A stretch of 64,000 nt of DNA from Candidatus Peregrinibacteria bacterium (GCA_030688025.1 JAUYJL010000009.1:1503-65502), one strand, 5' to 3'; counted from the first letter of the stretch, positions 30,667 to 39,756 are shown. The notes: generated by a model not told the origin, from the letters alone. Translations and numbers: made by a program.

Positions 30667-31866
30667 ATGAAATTCTCAAAAAGGCTCGCAAATCTAGGAA
30701 CAGAAGATGCATTCACAATTCTGAATGTGGCAAAGAAATTCGAACAAGAAGAGCTTACTCCTCAAGGAAAGAGCCTTGTCTACATGCAAATTGGAGAACC
30801 TGCATTTGATACTCCGGAAAATATTAAACAAGCTGGAATCAAAGCAATTCAAGAAAATAAAACTCACTACACACCAACATCAGGATTGATGGAGGTAAGA
30901 CAAGCCGTCGCTGATTACTCAACAAAAGGAACAGGAACACAGTATGAAGCAACAGATGTAACAATTCACTCAGGCGCAAAACCTGGAGTTTTTTACACAC
31001 TAAATGCGATTATTGATGAAGGAGATGAAGTAATTATTTTCGATCCAACATGGCCTATTCATTTCTCTCCGGTAAAATATTTTGGAGGAAAACCTGTCTT
31101 CATAGAACTTAAAGAAGAAGCGGATTTTCAGCCTAATTTAGAAGAAGTAAAGAATGCCATCACAGATAAAACTGTTTTAATGATTGTAAACAGCCCATCA
31201 AATCCAACAGGAGGAATCTTCACAAAAGAAACTCTTGAAGCTCTTGCAAAAATTGCAGTCGAACATGATTTATGGGTTATTTCAGACGAAATCTACGATA
31301 AAATTATCCACGAAGGAACACATCTTTCTATCACGGCAATGCCTGGAATGGCCGAGAGAACAATCCTTGCAAACGGAGCATCAAAAACATTTGCAATGAC
31401 AGGATGGAGAATGGGATGGACGGTAACAAAAAATAAAGACATGCGCGCACAGATTGAACAAATTCAATCAAATGACACTTCTTCTTCTCCGACAATGAAC
31501 CAATTGGCTGTTATGGAAGCCGTTTCAGGCCCACAAGATGCAGTTGAAGAAATGAGAAAAGAATACCTGAGAAAAAGAGATATTCTTGTGCAGTTGGTAA
31601 ACGAAATTCCAGGATTCTCAGCTAAAGCACCAAAAGGGGCTTTCTATTTATTTGCCAACGTGAAGCCACTTTGCGAAAAATTCCAAATGAACTGCTCTGA
31701 TCTTCAAAAGAAAATAATGAGAGAAGCTAATGTCCTACTACTTCCGGGAACAGGCTTCGGACCTCATGGAGAAGGCTTTGTTCGCTTCTCATACGTCGGA
31801 ACGGAAGAAACACTAAGAGAAGGATGCAAGAGAATCAAAGAATGGGCAGAAAAGGCAATGGCGTAA
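30667..31866 (+). CDS. Class I/II pyridoxal-phosphate aminotransferase (aspartate aminotransferase-like)
   Basis: NSPSNPTGG, and SKTFAMTGWRMGW containing the PLP lysine. Length is 399 aa. Confidence 0.88.
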   Translation: MKFSKRLANLGTEDAFTILNVAKKFEQEELTPQGKSLVYMQIGEPAFDTPENIKQAGIKAIQENKTHYTPTSGLMEVRQAVADYSTKGTGTQYEATDVTIHSGAKPGVFYTLNAIIDEGDEVIIFDPTWPIHFSPVKYFGGKPVFIELKEEADFQPNLEEVKNAITDKTVLMIVNSPSNPTGGIFTKETLEALAKIAVEHDLWVISDEIYDKIIHEGTHLSITAMPGMAERTILANGASKTFAMTGWRMGWTVTKNKDMRAQIEQIQSNDTSSSPTMNQLAVMEAVSGPQDAVEEMRKEYLRKRDILVQLVNEIPGFSAKAPKGAFYLFANVKPLCEKFQMNCSDLQKKIMREANVLLLPGTGFGPHGEGFVRFSYVGTEETLREGCKRIKEWAEKAMA

Positions 31867-31882
31867 AACACACACTCAAAAG

Positions 31883-31907
31883 GCCCTCACAAAATGGGGG
31901 CTTTTTT
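31883..31907 (+). terminator. Rho-independent terminator
   Basis: GCCCTCA-caaaa-TGGGGGC 7-bp stem (one G:T pair) followed by TTTTTT. Confidence 0.7.
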
Positions 31908-31975
31908 ATTATCTTGTCCTCGTGAAATTGACAGTATAAGAGCAAGTGGTAGAATAACGCGCTATAAAAGGATTT

Positions 31976-32701
31976 ATGGCTGAAACATCATCACGACAAC
32001 CAGACTTCGATTATGAAAATCCAAAAAATTTCATACCACGACCAACACCAAATTCACAGCTTGCAGTAGCCATGGACATAGAATCGATAAGGCTTCCTAC
32101 CAGGCTTTTTGCTAGAAAAGGAAGAAAGGAATTACAGATAATTGCAAATGAGCTTTTTGGGAAAGGACATCTTAAAGAGATAAAAGACATAAATAAATGG
32201 AAGTTAAATGGTGCAATAGTAGTGGCCTCATACATCAATTCGGCATTACTTTCATGCATAGTAGCACTAAAGCCAGATTTAAAAGGAACACCTGAAATAG
32301 TAGAAATGTTAGCACTTGCATATTTAATTCCATCAATAATTATTTGGGTTATAGACTTGGCTATTGCGGTACCACTATTACAATTTGTTCCAGAGATGAT
32401 AAGTAAGATTAAAGCATCTCGACCGTCACAAAAACTAGGCAGTCAAGATGCTAGAGAATTACTTGAAGAAATGGCGAATATCTTAGCTTTAGTGTCAGAG
32501 GTGAAGGATGTAGTGCCTGAAAATGAAAGAAAAGTCCTATTGGAAGCTTTAATCCTTGAAGCAAAAGAATTAGAGAAGAAAATGAGGGCAATTGAATCGC
32601 TACTAGAAGAACAATCTGGTTCTGATCTGAAAATTCAAGAACTTGCAATTTCAGGAGCAATTAATGCGAGGGTTAAGAGAGCTGTTATAAAAAAAGACTA
32701 A
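31976..32701 (+). CDS. Hypothetical membrane protein
   Basis: 241-aa ORF with two or three central hydrophobic helices and a charged coiled C-terminus. No family recognised. Confidence 0.55.
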   Translation: MAETSSRQPDFDYENPKNFIPRPTPNSQLAVAMDIESIRLPTRLFARKGRKELQIIANELFGKGHLKEIKDINKWKLNGAIVVASYINSALLSCIVALKPDLKGTPEIVEMLALAYLIPSIIIWVIDLAIAVPLLQFVPEMISKIKASRPSQKLGSQDARELLEEMANILALVSEVKDVVPENERKVLLEALILEAKELEKKMRAIESLLEEQSGSDLKIQELAISGAINARVKRAVIKKD

Positions 32702-33490
32702 TCACCACTTCAAGAAATATTTGATAGCACTCGCCAAATGGTACCAAGATATTTTGCTGAATAGAAGCTTGAAAAATGAGCCGTCGCTAAGCCTTTTGTG
32801 ATAATGCATCGCTGAAGCTGTAGGATAGTAAACGACTTTATAACCGGCTTTTCTGGTTTTTCTGCAAAGGTCGAAATCCTCCATGAAAAGGAAATATCTT
32901 TCATCAAATCCACCAATCTCGTCAAAAACTTTTTTTGGCATAACCATAAAAGCACCAGTGATCAAATCCACTTCCTGCTCTTTGGTATGGTCAAAATCAA
33001 ACATTATATAATTTTCATATCTCTTTTTAAACGGCCAAATTTTTCGTAAAAAAGTACGTTTTATAAATAGATCAAAAAACTTAAAATCTCTTCTGCATGA
33101 TTGCTGAACTTCACCACTTTGATACATGAGTTTTGGCCCAACCATGCCAACATTCTTATGTCCATCCAGGTAATCTACAAGTTTTCGGAGAGTGTCTTCT
33201 TCAACAGTAATGTCAGTATTTAAAATCAAAATATATTCGCCTTTAGAGGCATTTGATGCGAAATTGTGTCCACTGCCGTAACCAAGATTTTTCCCAGGTT
33301 CGACGAGTACTATTTCTCCATTTGACGCCGCAGTTTTTAGGTATTGCAAACTGTCATCTGTAGAAGCATTATCGCAAAAAATTATTTCAAATTCAAAATT
33401 TGTTTTGCTCTTCTTTAGGGCTTCCACACAAAATTTTGGAAAATATTTTTGATTGAAATTCACAACTGTTATCGAAAGTTTTGGAGCCAT
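32702..33490 (-). CDS. Family 2 glycosyltransferase
   Basis: LSITVVNFNQ...CDNASTDDS...NLGYGSGHN...LNTD...FMEDFDLCRR-like motifs of GT-A/GT2 enzymes. Confidence 0.85.
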   Translation of the reverse strand: MAPKLSITVVNFNQKYFPKFCVEALKKSKTNFEFEIIFCDNASTDDSLQYLKTAASNGEIVLVEPGKNLGYGSGHNFASNASKGEYILILNTDITVEEDTLRKLVDYLDGHKNVGMVGPKLMYQSGEVQQSCRRDFKFFDLFIKRTFLRKIWPFKKRYENYIMFDFDHTKEQEVDLITGAFMVMPKKVFDEIGGFDERYFLFMEDFDLCRKTRKAGYKVVYYPTASAMHYHKRLSDGSFFKLLFSKISWYHLASAIKYFLKW

Positions 33491-33502
33491 TTTCCGTAAA
33501 AA

Positions 33503-34816
33503 TTATTTTATTTTTTTCTTCATTTCCTCTCGACTTATCTTGCTTATATCTACCTTATTTTCAGAAATTTTCAAAGTAATTTCGCCTCGAACAAAACTCT
33601 TTTCAGGAATATTTTCAGCTATCACAAGCCCTGCACCAATAAAACTATCACTTCCAATTTTTGCACCGGGCATAAAGCTATTATTTATTCCGACACGAAT
33701 ATTATCACCGGTAACAATTCCAAATTTATTTTCCCCTATCGGCATTTTTTGAGAGTCTCCAATTACAGAAATTTCGCCTTCATCAAGCCGTAAATTGCCA
33801 GTCACAGTTCCCGCGCCAAAAGAAACATTATTTCCGATCACGCTATCTCCGATGTAATTTGAATGAGTCCAAACATCGTCCCCAAGAAAACTTCTCGCAA
33901 CTTCAGTAGAAAATCCGATTACACAATTTTTACCAATATTGCTTTCGCGAATCAAAGCATTTGTCGCAATCACGCTATCATCGCCGATATACACAGGTCC
34001 GTTTACAACTGCACCTTCAAGAATTTTTACATTTTCTCCGATAATAACATCGCCTTTCACCACAGCATTTTCCGAAATTTGTGCACTTTTTGCTATAGTT
34101 TTTTCCGTATTCTCAAACAAAAATTTGAAAACTTTATTCACATGCCAAGGGAATTTTATTGGCTGCCAGAAGCCTTCATACTTCACAGCTTTCATCTTTA
34201 TTCCATCGCTAATCATATTTGCCAAAGCGACTTCATACAAATCATCACTGTCACTTTTTGCTTTCTCCAAATATGAAACTAATTTTGAAAAATCTTTATG
34301 AACATGAACAACCAAATTCACCAAATTACTAGGCTCTTTGCCTTTTTCAGGCTTCTCAATAATACTTTTTATGCATCCATCATCTGAGATTTCCAAGTAT
34401 CCACCAGGGAAGTATTCATGGACAACTTTGCCTAGTAAATATCCTTCGCCGTCGCCGACTTCAAATGCTTTGATAATGCCCTCAAATGCGGATTTTTCAA
34501 CTACGTCATTACTACTAAAAATCAAAACTGGTTCACGTCCAATCACATCTTTTGCCGCCAAAACAGCGCCACACATACCAGCATCTAAATCTTTTTGCTC
34601 CACCACGGCGACATCAATCCCCAAGTTCTTACCGCACAATGCCAACTTCTCAAGATTGTGCTTTCCTCCAACAATAACCACTTCATCAAGTCCGGCATTT
34701 TTTATAAGTTCAAGTTGCCACTCAATCAAAGGTTTTCCAAGAAAATTCAAAAAATTCTTGTCAGTAATTGGCTTCATCCTTTTGCTCCTACCTGCGCCGA
34801 GAAGTAATACTTTCAT
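33503..34816 (-). CDS. Sugar-phosphate nucleotidyltransferase with C-terminal left-handed beta-helix (GlmU-like architecture)
   Basis: N-terminal LLGAGRSKRMKP nucleotidyltransferase loop. The C-terminal half has hexapeptide repeats (IGENVKI, IGDDSVI, IGKNCVI, IGNNVSF ...). Confidence 0.8.
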   Translation of the reverse strand: MKVLLLGAGRSKRMKPITDKNFLNFLGKPLIEWQLELIKNAGLDEVVIVGGKHNLEKLALCGKNLGIDVAVVEQKDLDAGMCGAVLAAKDVIGREPVLIFSSNDVVEKSAFEGIIKAFEVGDGEGYLLGKVVHEYFPGGYLEISDDGCIKSIIEKPEKGKEPSNLVNLVVHVHKDFSKLVSYLEKAKSDSDDLYEVALANMISDGIKMKAVKYEGFWQPIKFPWHVNKVFKFLFENTEKTIAKSAQISENAVVKGDVIIGENVKILEGAVVNGPVYIGDDSVIATNALIRESNIGKNCVIGFSTEVARSFLGDDVWTHSNYIGDSVIGNNVSFGAGTVTGNLRLDEGEISVIGDSQKMPIGENKFGIVTGDNIRVGINNSFMPGAKIGSDSFIGAGLVIAENIPEKSFVRGEITLKISENKVDISKISREEMKKKIK

Positions 34817-34926
34817 AAGTCTTAGAATACATGTACCGCGATTATACAGCGGAAAGGGGAGTTTTGAAAGGTTTTAAGGCTACTTCTTTGATTTGACTTT
34901 TTATTTTTTTTTGATATATTTGTTAC

Positions 34927-35012
34927 GGCGTTTGGAGGGTTCGCCCTCTCACGGCTTCCAAGCCGTAACCAAGCGTCAACAAAGAACCCGCTTCAAGGCG
35001 GATTTTTTGTTT
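34927..35012 (+). ncRNA. Candidate small RNA (orphan promoter-to-terminator unit)
   Basis: Promoter TTGACT (34893-34898), 16 nt, then TGaTATATT (extended -10, 34912-34920). About 85 nt of GC-rich structured sequence follows, with mutually exclusive pairings (GTTACGGC or CACGGC with GCCGTAAC; the hairpin GAGGG-ttcg-CCCTC). It ends in the terminator CCGCC-ttgaa-GCGGG-like CCCGC-ttcaa-GGCGG + ATTTTTTGTTTTT. There is no plus-strand ORF downstream. Confidence 0.35.
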
Positions 35013-35489
35013 TTAATCTTCTTCCGGCACGCCGTCATGTAACATTCTTTGCATTGTTTCCATATTCATGCCCCAAAAAGGGATAATACTCCAAAAGAAT
35101 TTATGTCCATCATCTATTTGCTTAACAATTACCCGTATTCGATTTCTTTTTATAACCGCAATAAACTCATAATATTTTACCGGCTTAAGTACGGTATCGG
35201 TTCGACTATGCATGCGTATCCGTTCAAACTTTTTGGTCTCCAATATTCCCTGCAAAGTGTGAGATAACTTCAATATTTCCGGGACAAAATGTAAAAGCTT
35301 AAATCTCATATACTGATCCTGCTCCAAACGAGCCTTCTCGCGCTTCTTGAACTTAAGATGTTCAAGCCCGTGTGATCCAAAAGATACTTTCTCCTTTAAA
35401 TAAGGACAATAAACGTCACAGAGCAATCTGTAAAACATTTCACCCCTTTCTTTTACCTCCTTAAACTGTTCATCTGTAAAATTAAGCAT
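35013..35489 (-). CDS. Hypothetical protein (158 aa)
   Basis: ORF with good coding appearance and no recognised family. Its 3' end abuts the terminator of the candidate small RNA. Confidence 0.55.
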   Translation of the reverse strand: MLNFTDEQFKEVKERGEMFYRLLCDVYCPYLKEKVSFGSHGLEHLKFKKREKARLEQDQYMRFKLLHFVPEILKLSHTLQGILETKKFERIRMHSRTDTVLKPVKYYEFIAVIKRNRIRVIVKQIDDGHKFFWSIIPFWGMNMETMQRMLHDGVPEED

Positions 35490-35604
35490 GACAAAAATTA
35501 TTTAATGTCTTTCTTGTAACACATCGACATTAAATTTTTATTAAAAAAAGTTAAATTCTTTACTAGAAAGTAATAATTTAAATAAGTTGGCAATAGAAAA
35601 AGGC

Positions 35605-36795
35605 CTATGTCAAAATCTCCCCCAACCTTCCTTGTTTCACCGCTTCTTTCACCTCCATTCCAATTCTTTCTCCAAAACTTACACTCTCGCCGTAAAGATA
35701 GGTTGTGCAAGGCGTAAACCTAGTCCCTGGTGATCCCGGAATTCTCATTGAAACATCAAAAACTACAAATTCCTCTTTTCCCTCATACGCTGCGATGGCT
35801 CCTTGTAGAGCAAAAGCACCGATGATTCCGGGAGCGACTTCATTCTTTAAAGTTGCCACAAATTTTTCTCCAGCCTCAAAAGCTTTTTCAAGAATTGATT
35901 CTTTTGTAGTACAAGCCACGTGTCCGGTTTCAATCATCGAAGGCGCGTATCCGGCATTCAAAAGTTCCATCTGTGTATCTGCATTTAATCTCAAAAATCC
36001 ATCCAAAGAAGTCTGTCTTCGTAAGTCTGTTCCCATTATTTCAAGTTCACCATTAAGAGGGGAGTAGAAAAAATTGAAATTTATTTGCGCACCGATAATA
36101 AATTCTTCGATCACAGAATTATCCAAATCTTTCTGATTTATTTTGCCTTCGTTTATCATTTTTTCGCTGACAGTAAAATAAGAATCAGTATTTGTAATAA
36201 CGAAAAAAGCCCTTTCATATCCCCTTATCGCCTCATTCACTTTTACGATCAATGGTCCACCTTTGTCAGTTACAAAATGTGTGTCCAATATTTTTTTAGT
36301 ATCTTCGTAACCCAATTTTTCACCACCTTGTCTGACAATTTTCGGCATTCTTATTCCGGCTTTTTCAAGAAGATAATATTGGTTTTTTGGTTGATCTCTC
36401 TCTTCGAGTTTTACTCCTTCTCTAAGCCCAAAAACCGGCACTTTAAATTGGTCTTCAAAGTCTTTAAAATCTTTGAAATAAACCCAGAAATATCGATTAT
36501 GAATGAAAATCGTATTCATCGCACGAAGCTTTTCTTGAACATCTTCATTGATAATATCTGAAAATTTATCTACCAAAATGATTTCATCAATACATCCACG
36601 TCCATCTTCACGGGTTTTATAATATTTAGAATATGTCTTGTCTCTGCCGTTTTGGCAAACTGCGACAGTTTTAAATCCATGTTTTTTTGCGCCACTGCAA
36701 ACATCGAGTGCGCTGTGTCCGCCAAGAACACCAATCGTAATATTTTTTAAATCGTAAGTCTTCAAAATCTCCAAAATATCTTTTTGTCCGATCAT
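35605..36795 (-). CDS. purP: Archaeal-type FAICAR synthetase PurP paralog (ATP-grasp, formate-dependent)
   Basis: ITIGVLGGHSALDVCSGAKKHGFKTVAVC N-terminus and the ATP-grasp C-terminal half. It is paralogous to the neighbouring gene. Confidence 0.75.
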   Translation of the reverse strand: MIGQKDILEILKTYDLKNITIGVLGGHSALDVCSGAKKHGFKTVAVCQNGRDKTYSKYYKTREDGRGCIDEIILVDKFSDIINEDVQEKLRAMNTIFIHNRYFWVYFKDFKDFEDQFKVPVFGLREGVKLEERDQPKNQYYLLEKAGIRMPKIVRQGGEKLGYEDTKKILDTHFVTDKGGPLIVKVNEAIRGYERAFFVITNTDSYFTVSEKMINEGKINQKDLDNSVIEEFIIGAQINFNFFYSPLNGELEIMGTDLRRQTSLDGFLRLNADTQMELLNAGYAPSMIETGHVACTTKESILEKAFEAGEKFVATLKNEVAPGIIGAFALQGAIAAYEGKEEFVVFDVSMRIPGSPGTRFTPCTTYLYGESVSFGERIGMEVKEAVKQGRLGEILT

Positions 36796-36828
36796 TGCTG
36801 TAAAAATTAAAATATAATTTTGGCTTTC

Positions 36829-37854
36829 TTATCCAAGAACCTCCGAAAGCCTATCCTGCTCTATCGCCATTTTAATATCTCTTGCCAGTCTGCGTCCAGT
36901 GCTCATTGGTTCGTTGTATTTTAGCCAAGTGTAAGGAGAACCGTTTATGTACGGATTTGTCCCGGCCACAATCCTTGCTGAAATTTCAAAAACTGAATAA
37001 TTAAGTTCAGGATCGATGATGCCTTCAAGACAGAAAGGCCCAAAAAGTCCTCCTGTAACCAACTTTTTCGAAGCATCAACTACGCGTTGTCCCATCTCAA
37101 AAATCTCCGGTAAAAGTGATTCTCTGACCACCAAAGGTACATTCCCTGTGATTGTATAAGTCGTACGAATATCTACATCAACCTGATCTTTAGCCGCAAT
37201 TCGTCCGATAGAATCGGCATTTGACTCGTATCTTTTATCAAATCCCATCACCTCAAGTTCGCCGGTAAGTGGGCTGTAAAAATAGTGTGTATAAACAGGA
37301 ACTCCGACTACATATTCCTGAATTGCATATTTTTCGTGCCCTTCTTTTTCTCTATACCCCTCATATCTTTCATAAAATTCTTTTGCGGAATTTGCAATAA
37401 AATATCCTTTTCCGCCGTGCGCTCCATGAAATTTTACGATAACAGCTCTATCTATTTCCTCAGGAGTTTTGAAAATTTTCGGAAGCATGATGTTCGCATC
37501 AAGAAGCCATTGTCTCTCTTTTGTCCTATCTGATTCCCATTCCAAAATCGCCTTTGTTCCATAGTGCATGGCCTTGACCTCCATCATTTTGCTAGGCCCT
37601 ATATAAGCTACAAAAGAACCATGAGGAACGATAATTGCATTCTGTTTTATAAGCTCAGGCTCTATGCTGAAATAATCTTTAAATGAATCTACGGTGATAA
37701 TCTGATCCGCGACCCCGTAAGACAAATAAGGCTTTTCTTTGCCTTTTTCACAGATACATATAGTCTCGAATCCTTCATCCTTTGCCCCTTTTAGAATCTG
37801 AAGAGCAGTGTGGCTTCCAAGTGTCGCTATTTTGTAATCTTTGATGTTTCCCAT
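36829..37854 (-). CDS. purP: Archaeal-type FAICAR synthetase PurP (ATP-grasp, formate-dependent)
   Basis: KIATLGSHTALQILKGAKDEGFETICIC..., IVPHGSF, and FCLEGI...FEISARIVAGTN match the PurP (DUF1246/DUF1297) family as I remember it. Confidence 0.8.
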   Translation of the reverse strand: MGNIKDYKIATLGSHTALQILKGAKDEGFETICICEKGKEKPYLSYGVADQIITVDSFKDYFSIEPELIKQNAIIVPHGSFVAYIGPSKMMEVKAMHYGTKAILEWESDRTKERQWLLDANIMLPKIFKTPEEIDRAVIVKFHGAHGGKGYFIANSAKEFYERYEGYREKEGHEKYAIQEYVVGVPVYTHYFYSPLTGELEVMGFDKRYESNADSIGRIAAKDQVDVDIRTTYTITGNVPLVVRESLLPEIFEMGQRVVDASKKLVTGGLFGPFCLEGIIDPELNYSVFEISARIVAGTNPYINGSPYTWLKYNEPMSTGRRLARDIKMAIEQDRLSEVLG

Positions 37855-37957
37855 ATACTAAAAATTTTAGGTCTTTTGGCCATCGTACAAGAAATTGGAG
37901 GACTTGTCCACGAAATAAAATTCCCCCCAGATTCTAAAAGACCAATTTTCCCAAAAT

Positions 37958-37987
37958 TTGCATAGTTTTTTGTTTATTTGCTATAAT
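37958..37987 (+). promoter_or_regulatory. Promoter for the MNT/HEPN operon (apparently leaderless mRNA)
   Basis: TTGCAT (37958-37963), 18 nt, TATAAT (37982-37987). The MNT ATG at 37994 is only 6 nt downstream of the -10. Confidence 0.5.
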
Positions 37988-37993
37988 AAAAAC

Positions 37994-38287
37994 ATGACAG
38001 TTCAAGCATTAAAAAAACAGATCATTCCCACGTTGCAACGCCGAGGAGCAATAAAAATAGCAATTTTTGGGTCATTTGCTACAAGAAAAGAAAAAAAAAC
38101 AAGCGACGTTGATATTTTAGTAAAATTCAAAAATGAAGTTACTCTGCTTCAATTGTCAAATATGAAGCTGGAATTAGAAGATAAACTGGAAAGAAAAGTA
38201 GATCTCCTGACATATGGAGGCATAAATCCACGCCTAAAAAAGATCATTCTACAGGAACAAAAAATTATATATGAAAAAAGATCCTAA
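37994..38287 (+). CDS. Nucleotidyltransferase-domain antitoxin (MNT) of a HEPN/MNT module
   Basis: IAIFGSFATRKEKKTSDVDILVKF matches the GSxxRG...DxD minimal nucleotidyltransferase motif. It overlaps the HEPN gene by 17 nt. Confidence 0.85.
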   Translation: MTVQALKKQIIPTLQRRGAIKIAIFGSFATRKEKKTSDVDILVKFKNEVTLLQLSNMKLELEDKLERKVDLLTYGGINPRLKKIILQEQKIIYEKRS

Positions 38288-38663
38288 GATCTTTCTCGAA
38301 CATGTCCTAGAAAGCATCGAAGACATCGAAAAATACACAAAAGGACAGACTAAAGAAAAATTTGCAAAAGCAAAAATGATGCAAGATGCAGTCATTAGAA
38401 AATTTGAAATCATTGGGGAAGCAGTTAAAAATCTTCCACCGCCTTTTAGAAAAAAATACCCAAAAATTGCTTGGAGAGACATTGCGGGAATGAGAGATAT
38501 ACTCATACACGAATATTTTGGCATAAACATAAATGTTGTGTGGAAGACGGTACAAGAAGATCTCCCAAGCTTAAAAAGACAAATCACTGAACTTAATGAA
38601 AGCAGGCTTGAAATATCTGCCGGCAAAGGGAAAGTATTGAATTCATTAAAAGATTTGAGGTAA
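38271..38663 (+). CDS. HEPN (DUF86) toxin of a HEPN/MNT module
   Basis: RDILIHEY is the Rx4H HEPN motif. Size (130 aa) and pairing with MNT fit. Confidence 0.85.
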   Translation: MKKDPKIFLEHVLESIEDIEKYTKGQTKEKFAKAKMMQDAVIRKFEIIGEAVKNLPPPFRKKYPKIAWRDIAGMRDILIHEYFGININVVWKTVQEDLPSLKRQITELNESRLEISAGKGKVLNSLKDLR

Positions 38664-38675
38664 TATCGATCTCCT

Positions 38676-38819
38676 ATGGAGATAATTTACAGCTCAAAAT
38701 TTGCTCGAGAATACAAAAAACTGCCCAATAATATCAAATACAGAATAATCTTTGATATTTCAAAAGACAAAAATACGGTACATTTTCATGCGGTTGGAGA
38801 CCACGATATCTATCAATAA
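38676..38819 (+). pseudogene. Internally deleted RelE/ParE-like toxin remnant (47 codons)
   Basis: MEIIYSSKFAREYKKLPNNIKYRIIFDISKDKNTVHFHAVGDHDIYQ. The N-terminal F.reykkLp..ik and C-terminal yRiif.i......v.....vg.h.diY halves of a RelE/ParE fold are present but the middle is missing. There is no antitoxin partner. Confidence 0.4.
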
Positions 38820-38824
38820 TTTTT

Positions 38825-39649
38825 TCAAAGCGGACTTTTAATATTTCGAATACTCGACGCGGAAACCTGAGTATATCTTTGCGTGGTGCGGAGATTTTGA
38901 TGTCCCAAAAGAGTTTGTATGTAACGGATATCGGTGCCATTTTCGAGCAAATGAGTGGCAAAACTATGGCGAAGGCTGTGAAAAGTCGCGTCAGCAAAAA
39001 CGCCAGACTTTAAAAGTGCATTGCTAAAGATTTTTTGCGCAGTACGAGTGGTAAGTCGTCCACCTCGTTCACTTTCAAAAAGGAAATCATTTTTATCTCT
39101 TCCTGCAACAAAATCTATCAAAGGAGAAATCAACTTTTCCGGCAAAATGGTAATTCTGTCTTTATTGCCTTTTGCCTGTATTACGTAAATGATTTTCTCA
39201 GAAATATTCAAATCTTTAACTTTGATTTTTACAACTTCACTAACCCGAAGCCCAGCTCCATAAGCCAAAGAAATCATAAGTCGGTGTTTTAAGTTTGTTA
39301 TGGAATCAATAACTTTCAAAATGTCGTTTTTCGCCAAAACAACAGGAAGTTTCAGGGGTCGACGTGCAAATTTTATATCAATTTTGCAAAAGCATTTCAT
39401 GACATCTCTATAAAAAAACTTAATGGCATTGAGATAAAGATTCACAGTCTCAGGCGCATAATTTTTCAAATGTTTTTGTTTCAAAAAATCTTTAATAATT
39501 TCAACATCGGGAGAAGAAATATCTCTACCGACGAAGTTGAAAAACTCCCTCAAACAAGCCAAATAAGACTTCCTAGTCTGCGGGCTGTAATTTCTGATGA
39601 TGATTTCTCTTTCGGTCTGATTTATGTAAAAAGAATGTTCCATATACAC
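38825..39649 (-). CDS. Integron-integrase-like tyrosine recombinase lacking the IntI-specific additional domain
   Basis: RRPLKLPVVLAKNDI, LAYGAGLRVSEVVKIKVKDL, AKGNKDRITILPEKL, HSLRHSFATHLLENGTDIRYIQTLLGHQNLRTTQRYTQV and a C-terminal IKSPL. It is divergent from the cassette array with the attI-like site about 110 bp upstream. Confidence 0.9.
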   Translation of the reverse strand: MYMEHSFYINQTEREIIIRNYSPQTRKSYLACLREFFNFVGRDISSPDVEIIKDFLKQKHLKNYAPETVNLYLNAIKFFYRDVMKCFCKIDIKFARRPLKLPVVLAKNDILKVIDSITNLKHRLMISLAYGAGLRVSEVVKIKVKDLNISEKIIYVIQAKGNKDRITILPEKLISPLIDFVAGRDKNDFLFESERGGRLTTRTAQKIFSNALLKSGVFADATFHSLRHSFATHLLENGTDIRYIQTLLGHQNLRTTQRYTQVSASSIRNIKSPL

Positions 39650-39716
39650 ACTTATACATCCCCGACTTAAAATATTCTTAAATTTTTCCTGAAATTTTGC
39701 TAAACTCTAAAACCTG

Positions 39717-39746
39717 ATGACAAAACCAACATTGTTCGTATATACT
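39717..39746 (+). promoter_or_regulatory. Candidate cassette promoter (Pc-like) reading into attI
   Basis: ATGACA (39717-39722), 18 nt, TATACT (39741-39746). This is the same -10 hexamer as the lexA promoter, oriented toward the array. Confidence 0.3.
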
Positions 39747-39756
39747 CCCCTCAGAA

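Noticed and set aside
38734-38997. 87-aa minus-strand ORF overlapping the 3' end of the recombinase gene
   Set aside because: It is an alternative frame of the recombinase gene and the RelE relic region, with no independent support.
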